From contig NC_043000.1 of NCBI RefSeq assembly GCF_006345805.1, positions 142,104,001-142,168,000 of the forward strand: 64,000 nucleotides of DNA, given 5' to 3'. Every line of letters starts with the position of its first letter. The first letter of the stretch is position 1. A model generated the notes under the pieces. It was not told the origin of the DNA. It saw only the letters and a program-made list of their open reading frames with translations, and did not search any database. The stretch comes from Octopus sinensis (taxonomy: Eukaryota). Shown one piece after another: positions 39,776 to 53,216 of the stretch. The translations under genes were made by a program, and so were the position numbers.

Positions 39776-40540
39776 GTGTGTGTGTGTGTGTGTAAAGGCG
39801 CGTGGCTTAGTTTTTAGGGTATTTGGCTCACGGTCATAAAGTCGGGAGTTCAATTTTGGGCGACGCATTGTGTCCTTGAGCAAGACACTTTATTTCACAT
39901 TGCTCCAGTCCACTCAGCTGGGAAAATTGAGTAGTACCTGTATTTCAAAGGGCCAGCCTTATCACATTCGGTGACACCCTGAATCTTTCTGAGAACTACA
40001 TTAAGGATACGCATGTCTGTGGAGTGCTCAGCCACTTGCACGTTAATTACACGAGGAAGCCGATCTGTTGATCAAATCAACTGAAACTCTCATCGTCGCA
40101 ACCGACGCTGTGCCAGTTAATCGTTGTGATACAGACACGTATATCCTTAACGTAGTTGTCGGGGAGATTCACGGTGACACAGTGTGTGACAAGGCTGGGC
40201 CTTTGAAACAGAGGTACAACAGAAACAGAAGAAAGTTGTGGTGAAGGAGTACAGCTGGGTTCGCCACCACACTCTGCCAGAGCCTCGTGGAGCTTTGAGC
40301 GTTTTTGCTCAATAAATACTCATAACGCCCGGTCTGAGAATTGAAACCGCGATCCTACGACCGCAAATCCGCTGTCCTAACCACTAGGCCATATAGGTGT
40401 GGCTATGTGGTAAGTGGTTTGTTTCCCATTCGCAGGGTTCTGGGTTCAGTGCCATTGCGTAGCACCTCGGTAAGTATCTTCTATTATAGCCACTTGCCGA
40501 TCAAAACTAGTGAGTTGACGTGGTAGGCAGAAACTCAACA
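39181..40540. mobile_element. SINE cluster: 39181-39400 (+, 3' part), 39540-39670 (+, family A 3' half), 39794-40118 (+, B'), 40115-40392 (-, B), 40395-40540 (+, A, degenerate)
   Basis: Each piece aligns by eye to a longer copy elsewhere in the window. Confidence 0.75.
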
Positions 40541-41263
40541 AATCCTATCATACACATACACACTTACACACACACACACACACAAGCACACACACAAACA
40601 CATGAACTCACAAACACACACATACATATTACATTACACCTGACCAAAACATGTTTCTTTTCATAAGAAATCCTTTATTTACGAAGAATTTAATTTGCCT
40701 ATATCTCTGGCAGCATGCATTTCTATCTTAATCTCCCGCTGTTCAGCTTAACATCAGCCATTAACATTTAAATTACACCTCACTGAAGATGTTTTAGAAG
40801 ACAGAAATATGACTTGTCGTGTAACCGTCCTGCCAAATATCGGAATTCATTGAGTGTTTCACCAACTTTTAGTTATTAGCATTCAGGGACTGTGTTCCCT
40901 CTCAAGTAAGTAACATTATCGGTATAAATTTAGTTTATTAAGATTTCTTAATCGAATTCATTACGTATATTTGCTAGCATCTTTGTAAGCATGCATTTCT
41001 GAATATTTTCCAGTTGTGAATATCCAGATAATTTGAATTCATTATTGTAAAAAGGATTATCACCCACGATGGCTTCATATAAAGCTCTTATGTATTTAAC
41101 ATCATAAGCATAGCTGATCTATTTTGTCATATGTATATTTTCATGTATGATAAAGCACTATATAATGTCAGAAACAAAAGAATATATAAATACCAAAACT
41201 CAAGACATGATTTCAGCAAACGTTTGAAGCATTATATGTGTCTATAACGTCATTTATCTAAAT

Positions 41264-41607
41264 GGAGGCGCAATGGCCCAGTGGTTAGGGCAGCGGACTC
41301 GCGGTCGTAGAATCGCGGTTTCGATTCCCAGACCGGGCATTGTGAGTGTTTATTGAGCGAAAACACCTAAAGCTCCACGAGGCTCCGGCAGGGATGGTGG
41401 TGATATCCTGCTGTATTCTTTCACCACAACTTTCTCTCACTCTTAATTCCTGTTTCTGTTGTACCTGTATTTCAAATGGACTCTCTGTGTCACGCTGAAT
41501 ACACCCGAGAACTACGTTAAGGGTACACGTGTCTGTGGAGTGCTCAGCCACTTGCACGTTAATATCACGAACCCTCGTCGTCGTAACAGACGGAGTGCTT
41601 CCTTCCC
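41264..41607 (+). mobile_element. tRNA-derived SINE family B flanked by a 206-bp direct repeat
   Basis: ggaggcgcaatggcccagtggttagg head; 41058-41263 and 41608-41813 are direct repeats with 7 mismatches counted. Confidence 0.9.
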
Positions 41608-42492
41608 TATCACCCACGTTGGCTTCATATAAAGCTCTTATGTATTTAACATCATAAGCATAGCTGATCTATTTTGTCATATGTATATTCTCATGTATGA
41701 TAAAGTACTATATAATTTCAGAAACAAAAGAATATATAAATACCAAGACTCAAGACATGATTTCAGCAAACATTTGAAGCATTATATGTGTCTATAACGT
41801 CATTTATCGAAATACAGAATGAACAGCTCCTCGTTCAATTTTCATCTCCTCTCGCTTAATACAGCTGCGATGCCCAGTCAATAGTTATAACTTCCGTGTT
41901 GAATTATTCGCGTCGTAAATTTGAAGCATCAATTTTCATTTCGGAAACAACAGTAGATTCAATTAGCCGCTAATATCCTAAAGAACAGGATGGACATCAC
42001 GATCACCCATTTCTATGCCACATTAAAACTAGTAAGTGTGGCGTGGATGGGTTAACGTATGGTAGTCCTTTGTTTACAATACAAAGCTATGAACACTTTA
42101 CGATTGCATCTTTTGTAAAATTGCTTTCAGAAATGATAGTAGGGAAAAATATTCAAAACCTATAATTATCATCTTTGAAGTATTGGAGATATAGCATTCC
42201 CTATTTATTTTGGTTGTCTCCTTATATTTTATATTTACTGAAATACATTTTGCCATTATACTTGTTTGTTTTGTTTTAATGATTAACTGCTTAAGTTTCT
42301 CTATTAACTTGTTATATAATTCAAATTTTCCGTCCTACTAAAACATCCGTTGTGCGAATGACTATGAAAGAGATATAAGTAGAAAACAATATAATTTATA
42401 CATATAAACATATGTGTGTGTGTGGGTGTTAGTATATACTCACATACGTAAACGTACAGCAGGAAATACCACCGTGCAAACACACATTAATG

Positions 42493-42552
<60 letters not shown>

Positions 42553-42590
42553 TACATATATACAGATATAAATATATATATATATATATA

Positions 42591-42638
<48 letters not shown>

Positions 42639-43226
42639 GAGAGAGATATATAGATATGTATTATGATGTATGTACGTACAATATATGTCTGTATAGATGT
42701 GTGTATCTATAGAGATATGTTTGTGTGTGTGTATGTTTTTGTATGTGCGTGTATGTAAGTAAATATGGGAGTGTACCGTATTTGGTAATTTTATAATTTT
42801 TGATGGAGAGAGTGATTTTAAGCTTAATTCGTACGGATACTACACGATTCTTCGATTTTGGCGAGTTCAATTTTTCGTTTCTGCCTCTTTCTATATGGTT
42901 CACTGTGCTTTTATTTAGACAATCTTTTGACATATTCCCCAGCTATTCACTTCCTTACGAGAGCATATTATACATACATGTAAGTATATTCGGTTACAAT
43001 TTTGCTAAGCTTAATGCACGCAACCACATAACACATATACATACGGAATTGGAAATAAATTTGATAGATAAAATAGTTATCCTGAATGGTAGCGAGGGAC
43101 TTAATATTATTTTATTTGATACTGCTTTTCAAATTCAGGATACTGACCACTTATATTTCACTTAGTTCCGTTTAGCTTAATATATACATATTTGTGTAAA
43201 ATATATATACACGCACGCACACACAT

Positions 43227-43285
<59 letters not shown>

Positions 43286-43427
43286 CTATTATATATATAT
43301 ATGTATGCTTAAATAGATAGAGGGACTGAGAGAGAACGGGAGAAAAGATATCTACATATGACATACATATATATATACGCACATGCATATATATATACAA
43401 GTATAAATATATATATATTTATATTAT

Positions 43428-43600
43428 ATAGAAGGAGCTTCTACGGACTAGTACTGTTTCATTCAAGAAATCTTCATTTCTTGATGAAATCTCATTCTCT
43501 TGATGAAACAGTACTAGTCTGTAGAAGCTCCTTCTATTAATAAATTATTTTACTCTGCTATGTATTGAGTACTTACTTCTGTGGTTAACCCCGGATCAAC
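43428..43600 (+). mobile_element. PLE pLTR-like fragment with fold-back 5' end
   Basis: 43428-43467 pairs with about 43497-43537 (1 mismatch, 1 indel); GAAACAGTA remnant at the turn; followed by an aataaa-type tail; within (TA)n. Confidence 0.65.
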
Positions 43601-43625
43601 CCGACCTACATATATATATATATAG

Positions 43626-43659
<34 letters not shown>

Positions 43660-43720
43660 TCTATATATATATACATATATATATATATATGAATTTCCCG
43701 TTCTCCGTTCGTAACTCTTG

Positions 43721-43754
<34 letters not shown>

Positions 43755-45624
43755 ATATATATTATATATATGTATGTATTAGTGGCCGCCCCCTCGTTAT
43801 CGAGTATGGCCATTGTATGAAGCTTAATCAATGTTGTTATCATGCAATGACTGTGCAAGAAGATTATTTTTTAAAGTGAGGAAAGGCTGTGCACTGAGTC
43901 AATCCCACTCACTAAGCAACAGCAGCCATAATCCGAAAAGAAGAACAAGTAAACATCATCGGTAACCACTGAGCTGCAGGTTTTATGTCCGAGTTATCCC
44001 AGTCGCCTGAGTTACCTTCTCCTAGAAGGATGCCCTAACAAAGGCTAGGAGTCCTTCACACACACAGATATATATATATATACATATACATACATATCCA
44101 GTCATGTCGACATACACATACTCATCTATAAGTTACACGCATATTTTGGTTTCCTGACAAACAAATGCAATAAACATAGAATGAAATAGGCAGTGTCATG
44201 TAACGATATAACAAAAGGCAGATTCTGATTAGGTTTAACCAGTCGCTATGGCGCTGTAATATTCGGCCAGTCCTAAAGTTATTAATATCAACGGTAGCTC
44301 TCTATATCCGCGCAGTGGGATTACTCGTGTTCAGTCTGAGCTCTCTCTATCAAACTTATCTACATATGAGTCCTTTACAGGACAACTAGTAGTATATGTA
44401 ATTACAAATTCTGCGAAATTCTTCACTTTGAACGTACGGTATTCGAATAAATCATTTTTATTTTATTGCAGTTTTAACAAAAGTTGAATTTATCATATTT
44501 ATTCATAACTGACTCTTTAATAATTGATTCTCTAGACATGAATATTTCGATTTATATTTTTATTTCTTTGATCGATAAAATCATAAAGGTCAGCATATGT
44601 TTTTAATAAAGCAGATTCTAATTTGCATCAGTCTTTCTGAAGTGCAACACATAAAGATTCCATGCTTTTAAAAGCTCTTCATTTTGACTCGATTTCATCA
44701 TCTACTATACATTTTCAATAGGTTTTATATGTCTAGACTGTTCCACAGTGTCAAGTCCAAATCAGAGTATGAAGTTCATGACCTCAGTAAAAGCCGTTTG
44801 ATTAATATGGCAGAAAACGATGTGTATTACCATACTTGTATATGGACAGATTTGATACGGAAAAAAGTTATAATAAAATTAAGAAAAGTTTTTCGTAATT
44901 GTTTTGTTTTTAATACTGTGCATTATCATTTTTATGTAAAAAATGACCGTTTAGAGGAGATGTTCGTGGTAGTGTTCCACTATTTGTGTGATTACACCCA
45001 AAATACTCATTTAAATAGTAAGCAACTTCTATCACTATTTAGATATACGGTTTACGTTTTGGTCTTGATTGTAGCAGGTCTTTACAGACGATCTAATATT
45101 GACCAAACACGCGGACAGTAGTTTATTTTGTTATCTAAATTCATTTATTTTCTATTTTTTTATTCTTTTATAAACGTCCACCAATGACAAAGCTAAACCC
45201 TGCTTTCTCCCAATTTCAACTAATTATTTTATCGTTATTTCTTGAACTCAGAGTGCTGTTTTCAGGTCATATGCTCATTTTCAAAATATTTTTGTTTTAC
45301 TATTTATAGAGGATTAAAGAAATACCTAACTTCCTTCATGTGAATTTGATATTGATAGGTTTTAACATTTTTTTATCAAAATATTCTGACGATATATTCT
45401 TCATAAGAATTTAAAACTGTAACATTTACTGAAATATTGTCAAGTTACATAGAGGGATATATTATAAATTTTAATTAGAAAAGTATTGCGACCTTTTGCG
45501 CTTGTTTCGGGGAGGGAAGCCTACCGTGGTGTGCGTGTGTGTATGAATGCTTATGGGAACTTGCCAATATATGTGTGTGTCAGTGAATGTTATATTTTCA
45601 AGAGGACAGAAAGAAACTCAAAAT

Positions 45625-45943
45625 GTATGGAGTGCTGAAAGCCCCTTCGGTCATGACTGACTATGGGATTGCACCTAGAAAGTTACAAGTCCGGGCAAGG
45701 AAGACCAGCAGTCGCCCATGCATACCGGCCTCCCCTCTCTACGCCACCAGTGTTATCCAAGGGAAAGGCAAAGGCCGATGCAGCTTGGCACCCGTGACGT
45801 CGCAACTCATTTCTACAGCTGAGTGAACTGGAGCAACGTGAAAAAAAGTGTCTTGCTCAAGAAAACAAAACGCAACCCGGTCTGGGATTCGAACTCACAA
45901 CGTCACGATCGTAAGCTCGAGGCTCTAAGCCATGTGCCTTCAC
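45625..45943 (-). mobile_element. tRNA-derived SINE, family B'
   Basis: Minus strand gtgaaggcacatggcttag...gagttcgaatcccagacc...gagcaagacac...ctccagttcactcagctg; the 3' half matches 39181-39400. Confidence 0.8.
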
Positions 45944-46689
45944 TGTATAGATTACAGATTATTTATTTATACTGAATTCTTTCTTAGGTGGTTCGAGTCC
46001 CCAACCAATGAAATCTCCATTCAGCAATAGTTTTCTGTCAATACACACGACGGTTTGATATTCATTTTTATTCAGGGCATTTTTATGGTCTCTGAAAGTT
46101 TTTATTACTTTCTTGTTTCTGGTGTCTTATTAGAACCATCTGTAGATGTCTGAGTTTAATTTGATATTTCCTTCAATATTATATATTTCAGCGGTCAGCT
46201 TCGCATTTTTGTTTCTGTTAATATTATAATTTTTTAGCTTTTCCACCGAGGTTGATGTTGCCTTTTAAGTTTTCGGGAACGAAAATTTAAGCACCAGTAA
46301 TCGACTGGCACCATCCCCAAAAATTTCAGGCCTTGTTCCTATAGTAGAAAAGATAATCATTCTTTAGCTCTCATTGTCAATAAGTCGTCGTACTGAATTA
46401 CAAATGTAAATGTATTCTGTTCTAAAAAGACTTATACTACTTGATTATTTATTTCCCAAGTATTCGTTGGTGGGTTCATAAGCCTTCATGTGATAGACTA
46501 TTGATTAAGTCATTCATATTCTACTTTCCCCAAGTTGTCGTTCTCCTAGTTATAAATGAAGTTTTATAAATGCTGATTTACTGTAGTGAATCTTGCGTGG
46601 TTCGTTTTACAAGGCATCATAATATTTATATACATATATTTGTGTATTTATGTACACATATATATTTATGTGTATATGTGTGTGTATGC

Positions 46690-46728
<39 letters not shown>

Positions 46729-48156
46729 CTGTGTGTATGCATTCTTAAAAGTATGAATGTCATCGACACTGTACTTATTTTTAAAATAATTCGGTGGCGT
46801 ATTTGCGTGGCAGCAAATCAAACGAATATTATATTCAGATGGTAGAAGGTTTATATAAAATGGGTTACGAAATATAGAATGGGAGACGTAGACTCATAGA
46901 GAGCTAAGCGAGGAAGAATTGCAAAATACTGATTTAACATTTTGGCACACGACCAGAAATTCTCAGAGATGGTGTATGTTGATTACATCGACCCCAGTGC
47001 TCAAATGGCACTTCGTTTATCGACCCAGAAGTATGAAAGGCAAAATCGACCTCGGCATAATTTGAGTTCAGAGCGTAAAATCAGACGAAATGCTGCTAAG
47101 CATTTTCCCCGGCGTGGTAACGATTTTGCCAACTCGCTGCCTTGTAACAATTACAAACAATGTTCAAAGGAAATATATATCAAGATGTAAAACGGACATG
47201 TAATGACTATAAGAATAGCAATAAATTTACATGTGTATTGCTCTTGTATGAGCATATAGAGAGAGCGTGAGAAAGAAAGAAAGAGAGACTGAGACAAGGA
47301 AGGAAAGAGGCAGACAGTCACATGGACATGAAGAAGGATAAGCAGACAGATAGGCCGACAGGCAGAGTGATATATTTCTTTATTGCCCACAAGGAGCTAA
47401 ACACAGAGGGGACAAACAAGGACAGACAAAGGGATTAAGTCGATTACATCGACTCCAGTGCGTAACTGGTACTTAATTTATCGACCCTGAAAGGATGAAA
47501 GGCAAAGTCGACCTCGGCGGAATTTGAACTCAGAACGTAACGACAGACGAAATATGGATACGCATTTCGCCCAGGCACAGAGATAGAAAGAGGCAAAATC
47601 ACATTTAGGTTATACAGTTCTTTAAGACGTAACTAATGCATATCAATATATAACTCTACTTATGTATATCTATATTTACATCTAATTATGCTTATAAATA
47701 TAAATATGCATGTATAAATATACAAACATGTATATGCATGTATGTGTACTTTGAATCTGTGTATACATGCGTATATGTATACGTAGAGGGAGAAAGAGTA
47801 AGACAAACGTGCTACATATATACCACTTAAATCAGTCTTACATATGCACATAAAGAAATATATATTCTCTTGCTCTCACACAAGTACAGTCTCACACACA
47901 CAGACAAGCACATATACATGTATACATATGTAATCATACACACACAAACTTGCATTCACACACACACACACACACACATACATATATATATGTATATGTA
48001 TGTACTGAGAGAGAGAAGGAAATGTAATATAAACACATATATATAATTCTATGTACGTATTCTCATACGCACTTACGTACGTACGTTTGTATGTATTCTT
48101 ACACGCCAGCACATTTATGCATGTACATCTCCATACATATACATGCATAAATACGT

Positions 48157-48203
<47 letters not shown>

Positions 48204-50169
48204 TTTCTATATATACATGTGTGTGTGTGTAAGTAGATAAAGAAGGGAATGAAAGACAAAGGTGATGTGATTGTAAATTATATAAATTCACATAGATATA
48301 ATGATACAAATGAAAGATAATATTTTATGGAAGGTGTAACATTAATCTAATCGAATATCAAACCCTAACGGCATTATCAATCACCAAGATTGTTATCGTA
48401 ATCTAATAGGAGATTTTTTCGTACTTGTTAAATTTCCATTTTGTTTATCTTTAAATATTTTAATTTTTTTCTACTTTTGTTTTCCAGAAAGAATGGCGGT
48501 TCGATATTTATATTTTCTTCCAGCCAATAATATTATTAATATAACGTTTTAATTTTGGTTTTTAGAAATTCTTTTAATGACTTTATCTAGACAGTTAGTT
48601 GCAATTAAATATGATAAATATGTTGAGTTTCTCTGAATACAAATCACACAAACATTGAAAACCTCAGACGTACATATATAGACGCTTACAGGCACGCACA
48701 TATACATACGTATATAAATACATAGATTGCATATACACTAATACATACATTTATAGATATACACACGCAAACTTATGAAAATCTGACGCGAACACATTAT
48801 TGTATATCTCAAGGTGTGAGCGTATTTATAAAAGAGAGGGTAGAGGGAAAAGTGGACACAAGGAAATCTTCGTTCATGCACACACACACGAACGTACAAA
48901 CATACACACATACGCACTATATGTTTGTATATGTATGCATGTGTCTATATATATGTGAGTGTGTGTGTGTGTGAAGATATACATACATATACATATATAG
49001 ATAGAGAGATAGATGGATACATACATACATATATTCACACATACATGCATACATATATACATACATATTGTGTGCGTGTGTGTGTGTGTTCGTACGTTTG
49101 TGTGTGTTCTTTTTACATACATTTATTTCATTCATATGTCAGACAGAAACAAATGATGTTTAAATACCAAATACTAAAATGAATAAAAGTATAATTAGTC
49201 TAATATTTTTTCTCCGATATGCATATTATAGGTTTGTTAATGTTTTCTAAATATTATTAGTGTTTTATTTCATAGCTTTCTTAACGTCAAGAAAAAAAAA
49301 TAAACAACACTAACCAAACAAACAATCAGTCGTTGAATTATAATGTTTACATCATTTTTGATAATGATTTTGAGCTTTTGTTTTCACTCGTTTTTTATCA
49401 ATTATCATTTTCAATTTCTGTTTATTTATTTTATTTTTCTATTGCAGTATTAATGTTGAAATCATTCTGACTACCACCATCATTTTCCTCTTTTGTTTTT
49501 ATTTTTATTTTTATTTTTTTATTTTTCATTACTCTCAGTTAATGATGCTGCATCTTAGATAAGATTTGTAGTTGTGCTAATTATATCTGTTATAGCTGTT
49601 AAACTCAAGTACCATCTAAAACACGTAGGAGTGGGGGGGGATGACCATCAAAAAAAAGTATCTAAAGAGAAAAAAATAAAGAGCGAAAGAAAGAAAAGAT
49701 TACTTCGGTGATGGAGAAAGTTATCATATCTAAAATATAATTAGATATCAAAATAGTTTTAATTGGTCATCAAGCGCCACTTTCCATTTTCTCTTTCTTT
49801 TTTACATTCTTTTCTTTCTTTCTTTTTAACACTTCCCTCTAATGTACATTCGAACGCCATTTTCATAGCAAGTTGAAAGGTTTGTTAGAATTCGTTCATA
49901 GCACTGATTATTATCTGTTATTTTATGAATTCTGCAACAAACACCGATCTTTTTTGTTGATAATAGTTTCACTTTCCTTCAATAAAAAAAGGATTTGATA
50001 GTTTCTTTTCCTTTTATCTCTTTCCTTTTACTTTTATCAGATATTACAAAAACTAATTGAAAAACAGATTCTACCGTAGACATGGCAAACAGTTCCGAAC
50101 TTGACAGTCTCTCTGGTAGTACACACATTATCTTTATAAGCCTATTATTATTATTTTATTTTATTTGCA

Positions 50170-50870
50170 CAGATTCTAACGCTGGAGATGTACTACGGTG
50201 TCAGCTGTTCACTAAGGTTCACCCCTCATTTTTCAAGCACCATCCGGAGTATTCGAGCAGTTCCAAGCAGTCCTGTTTTCTGCAAGTGCTCCACCCTTAT
50301 TGCAGCTCCTATTTATTGCATGTACTTCTCAAGATTTTTACTCACTATTCCCAGGGTTCCGACAATTATTGGTACTACTACCAACTTTTCAATGACCACA
50401 ACTTCTTAACCTCCCAAGCTAATTTGTTATATCTATGGACTTTTTTCTTTCGTATCGCATACCTTGTTGTCAGCTGGTCATGATATATCTATGATCCAGC
50501 AACGTTTGCTTTCTTTCTCAATTAACACTATGTCTAGTTTCCTATCCTCTATCTCATGGTCGCACTGAATCATAAAATCCCATAGGATATTTGCATTATC
50601 ATTTTCGATGATTCCTTCGAATTTATGTTCATACCACATTTTTGATCTGTCAAGTCCATACATGCTGCAAAGTGTCCAATGGACAGTACTTGTTATATTT
50701 TCATCACGTCTCTTACATTCTTTCTGGGCTAGTGGCGTACATTCACTGGTAATATACCATACGGTTTCACCATTTTGTCCAGAAATTCTGCACTTATCAC
50801 TTTCTGCTGTGGCGTCTGTTCTGTATTTGATATAATTGGTTCTTAGTGCTTGCTCTTGCGCAGCTCAGGT
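50170..50870 (-). mobile_element. R4/Dong-like RLE non-LTR element 3' portion
   Basis: WYEHKFEGIIENDNANILWDFMIQCDHEIEDRKLDIVLIEKESKRCWIIDI (PD..D-type RLE); ends in a (TAA)n-like tail. Confidence 0.85.
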
Positions 50871-50979
50871 TAGGGCCTCCATTTCCGGTTTTAAATCATG
50901 TTAGTCATCCATAGCTATCTTTATTAATATTATTGCAATTATTATTATTTTTTTTAATTTTTATTATTATTACTATTAT

Positions 50980-51660
50980 TAACTCAGGTTTTGTTCCAGC
51001 TCCTGGAGTCTTGCATGAGTAACGCATGTGGTATCGACAGCCATGCTATCCATTATGCTATCCGTTCTTTTTATCTATCTAATACTTTCCTGGGGATTCT
51101 GGCCATGTCAAGGAGGTAAAACTTTTATAACAACTCTACTGGGCACTCAATTCAGATTCCCTTTATATTTCTCTTGATGAGTTCTGACACTATCCCCAAA
51201 GACCCGACAGTAATTGGCACTATATTCACCTTCTTCATTTTCCATCGCAGGCCTAACTCATTTTGAAGTGGATAGTATTTTTTCGCCTTCCTTCTTGACA
51301 ACACTTGGCTTAAGGGTCACGCAACATCAGTTATATAGCACATGTGGTTCGCCTTGTCCACCATCACACCATCACAATAACCAGCTTGTTGTGCGCAAGC
51401 ACATCGCGTATTTGAATTGAATAATGCTACTTGATTTTCTCATACTGCGTCATAATTCTCTCTAGACCTCATTTCTGGCATGTATTATGTTCGCCACCTC
51501 GTATTTGCGAACATAATGTTCGCTATAACATATTGTTTTGGATAACGTCTAGTGTACTGGTTCACGATATTGGCAATGGCTTTGTCTACTCTATTACAGA
51601 TGCGGCACAGTAGAGGTACTTGCTCATTCATAAAGTTGACCTTTCGATATGTAGTTAAAC
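50980..51660 (-). mobile_element. Second, distinct RLE-type non-LTR element 3' portion
   Basis: PLLCRICNRVDKAIANIVN (decayed CCHC), RHARNEV and PSVVKKEGEK remnants; (TAA)n tail. Confidence 0.6.
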
Positions 51661-51673
51661 TTTGGTCTTGCAA

Positions 51674-51995
51674 TGGCAATATAGTGCGTTGTCTGCGTAG
51701 TCTAGATCCTTTTCCGTCAAGCATCTAGACTACGCAGACAACGCACTATATTGCCACGAAGCGATGTGGTGGACAACGAAAAACCTGGCTGATGACAGTC
51801 AAGGCCCTTCTGGAACCCAACCTAGGCCCCCATATTTACGGCGTTAACCGCTGGAATAAGGAGTGGCTGGAGATCACGCGGTCGTTAGCCTCAAATCGCC
51901 AGGCCTAGTCGGCGGCGTTTGTGAGAGATGCAGCATTGAGGATGAATGAAGCCAGCTCAATCCACCCCGGGTGAATGCTGTAAGAAGATGAAGTA
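51674..51995 (+). mobile_element. RTE (SR2-like) 3' fragment with 34-bp inverted 5' end
   Basis: 51674-51707 is the exact reverse complement of 51723-51756 (LDYADN); followed by RCGGQRKTWLMTVKALLEP...YGVNRWNKEWL. Confidence 0.7.
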
Positions 51996-52312
51996 GAAGA
52001 ACATAGTGCGTTCAGTCTCTTTTTCCAGTTCCCCTTTCTCAGCCAATGCCACTTATGTTGTGGCTACAAAGAATTGATTGTAGTTCACTATTTTATAGTG
52101 AGTCTCCCTATACTTTATATCTTATTTCCTATTCCCCCTTTTCGATGATGCTTTCGGGTTTATTTTCGTATCAATTCTTTGCTTTATACCACATTTTTGT
52201 AACAAGTCCATACTTCAGTTCTATATCTAAGAGATGAAGAATTATGTACATTATTTACATTATTTATATCATTTACATTTGACGGATATTTGTCCTCATC
52301 TTGTTTGTTGTT

Positions 52313-52358
52313 AACACGACGTTTCGGCTGATGTACCCTCCAGCCTTCATCAGGTGCC
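52313..52358 (-). ncRNA. Minimal type-I hammerhead ribozyme (canonical C3:G8)
   Basis: Minus strand ggcac-CTGATGA-a-GGCTG(gagggtacat)CAGCC-GAAA-CG-TC-gtgtt; ACGT palindrome, GUC site. Confidence 0.8.
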
Positions 52359-53143
52359 TTGAGGAAATTTCGAACCTGGGTTCTCATTCTTAAGGTATAC
52401 TTCAAGCCGACCTTCACTAGACGATACCTTAAGTTCAATTCCCACCATCCATACGGTGTAAAACATCGAGCAAATAATATAAGCAGTGATCGTGATACCC
52501 ACCACGAAGAAATGATCAAGCTCAATAACAAACTATTATGCAACAACTCCCCCTAAAACATACTATCAACTTCTATTATGCAGAAATTAGAGGTTGAAAC
52601 CAATAAACTGGCTAAACTGTCTATACTCTGTCTACCCTATGTGAAAAGCCTCTCCGAAAAGAAACTAAAGATATGCTGCCCATATGACATCATGACAGTA
52701 TTCATGAGTAATACAACACTTCGCAAATATCTCCTTCGTGTAAAATCAACAATAGAAGGGAATATGACCAAAAGCTGCGTGTACTCCTATTCCATGCAGC
52801 TGTGGTAGGTTATACAAAGGCGAAACATGCCGCCCCCACAAAATAAGGGTGGAGGAATATCGCAAAGCTGTGACACGGGGAAATATTGATAAATCAGTTA
52901 TAGCTGATTATGTATGGAAAAATAGAGACCACCTCCCTCTGTGGGATGAAGTTAAAAGAATAGACAGAAAAAAAAAATCACTGGAAAATACGAAAACTAA
53001 AAGAAGCAGCACATATACTAGGAAACAACAACTTCCTAATCAGACCGAGTGCAGATATGAATAGCATATGGGAACCGGTATTAAGGAAGGATACGAAAAT
53101 ATTAGATTTATAAGCCCTAAAAATTCACTCCGCAATTACCCAC

Positions 53144-53216
53144 GGGTATATGGCGTAGCGTTTAAGATCCCGGGCTACTAACCCTAATGTTCCGAGTTCA
53201 AATCCAGGCAGTGACC
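53144..53216 (+). other. tRNA-like Pol III promoter cassette inside the PLE 3' region
   Basis: A-box-like tggcgtagcgtt, B-box-like gagttcaaatcc, tRNA-length spacing; the cloverleaf is degenerate. Confidence 0.55.

Noticed and set aside
44684-45121. 145-aa ORF
   Set aside because: It starts at TTG in AT-rich sequence with no recognisable domain or splice context; likely a chance ORF.
45960-46260. Long nearly open minus-strand frame (…EYQTVVCIDRKLLLNGDFIGWGLEPPKKEF)
   Set aside because: Interrupted by tandem stops and matches no family I recognise.
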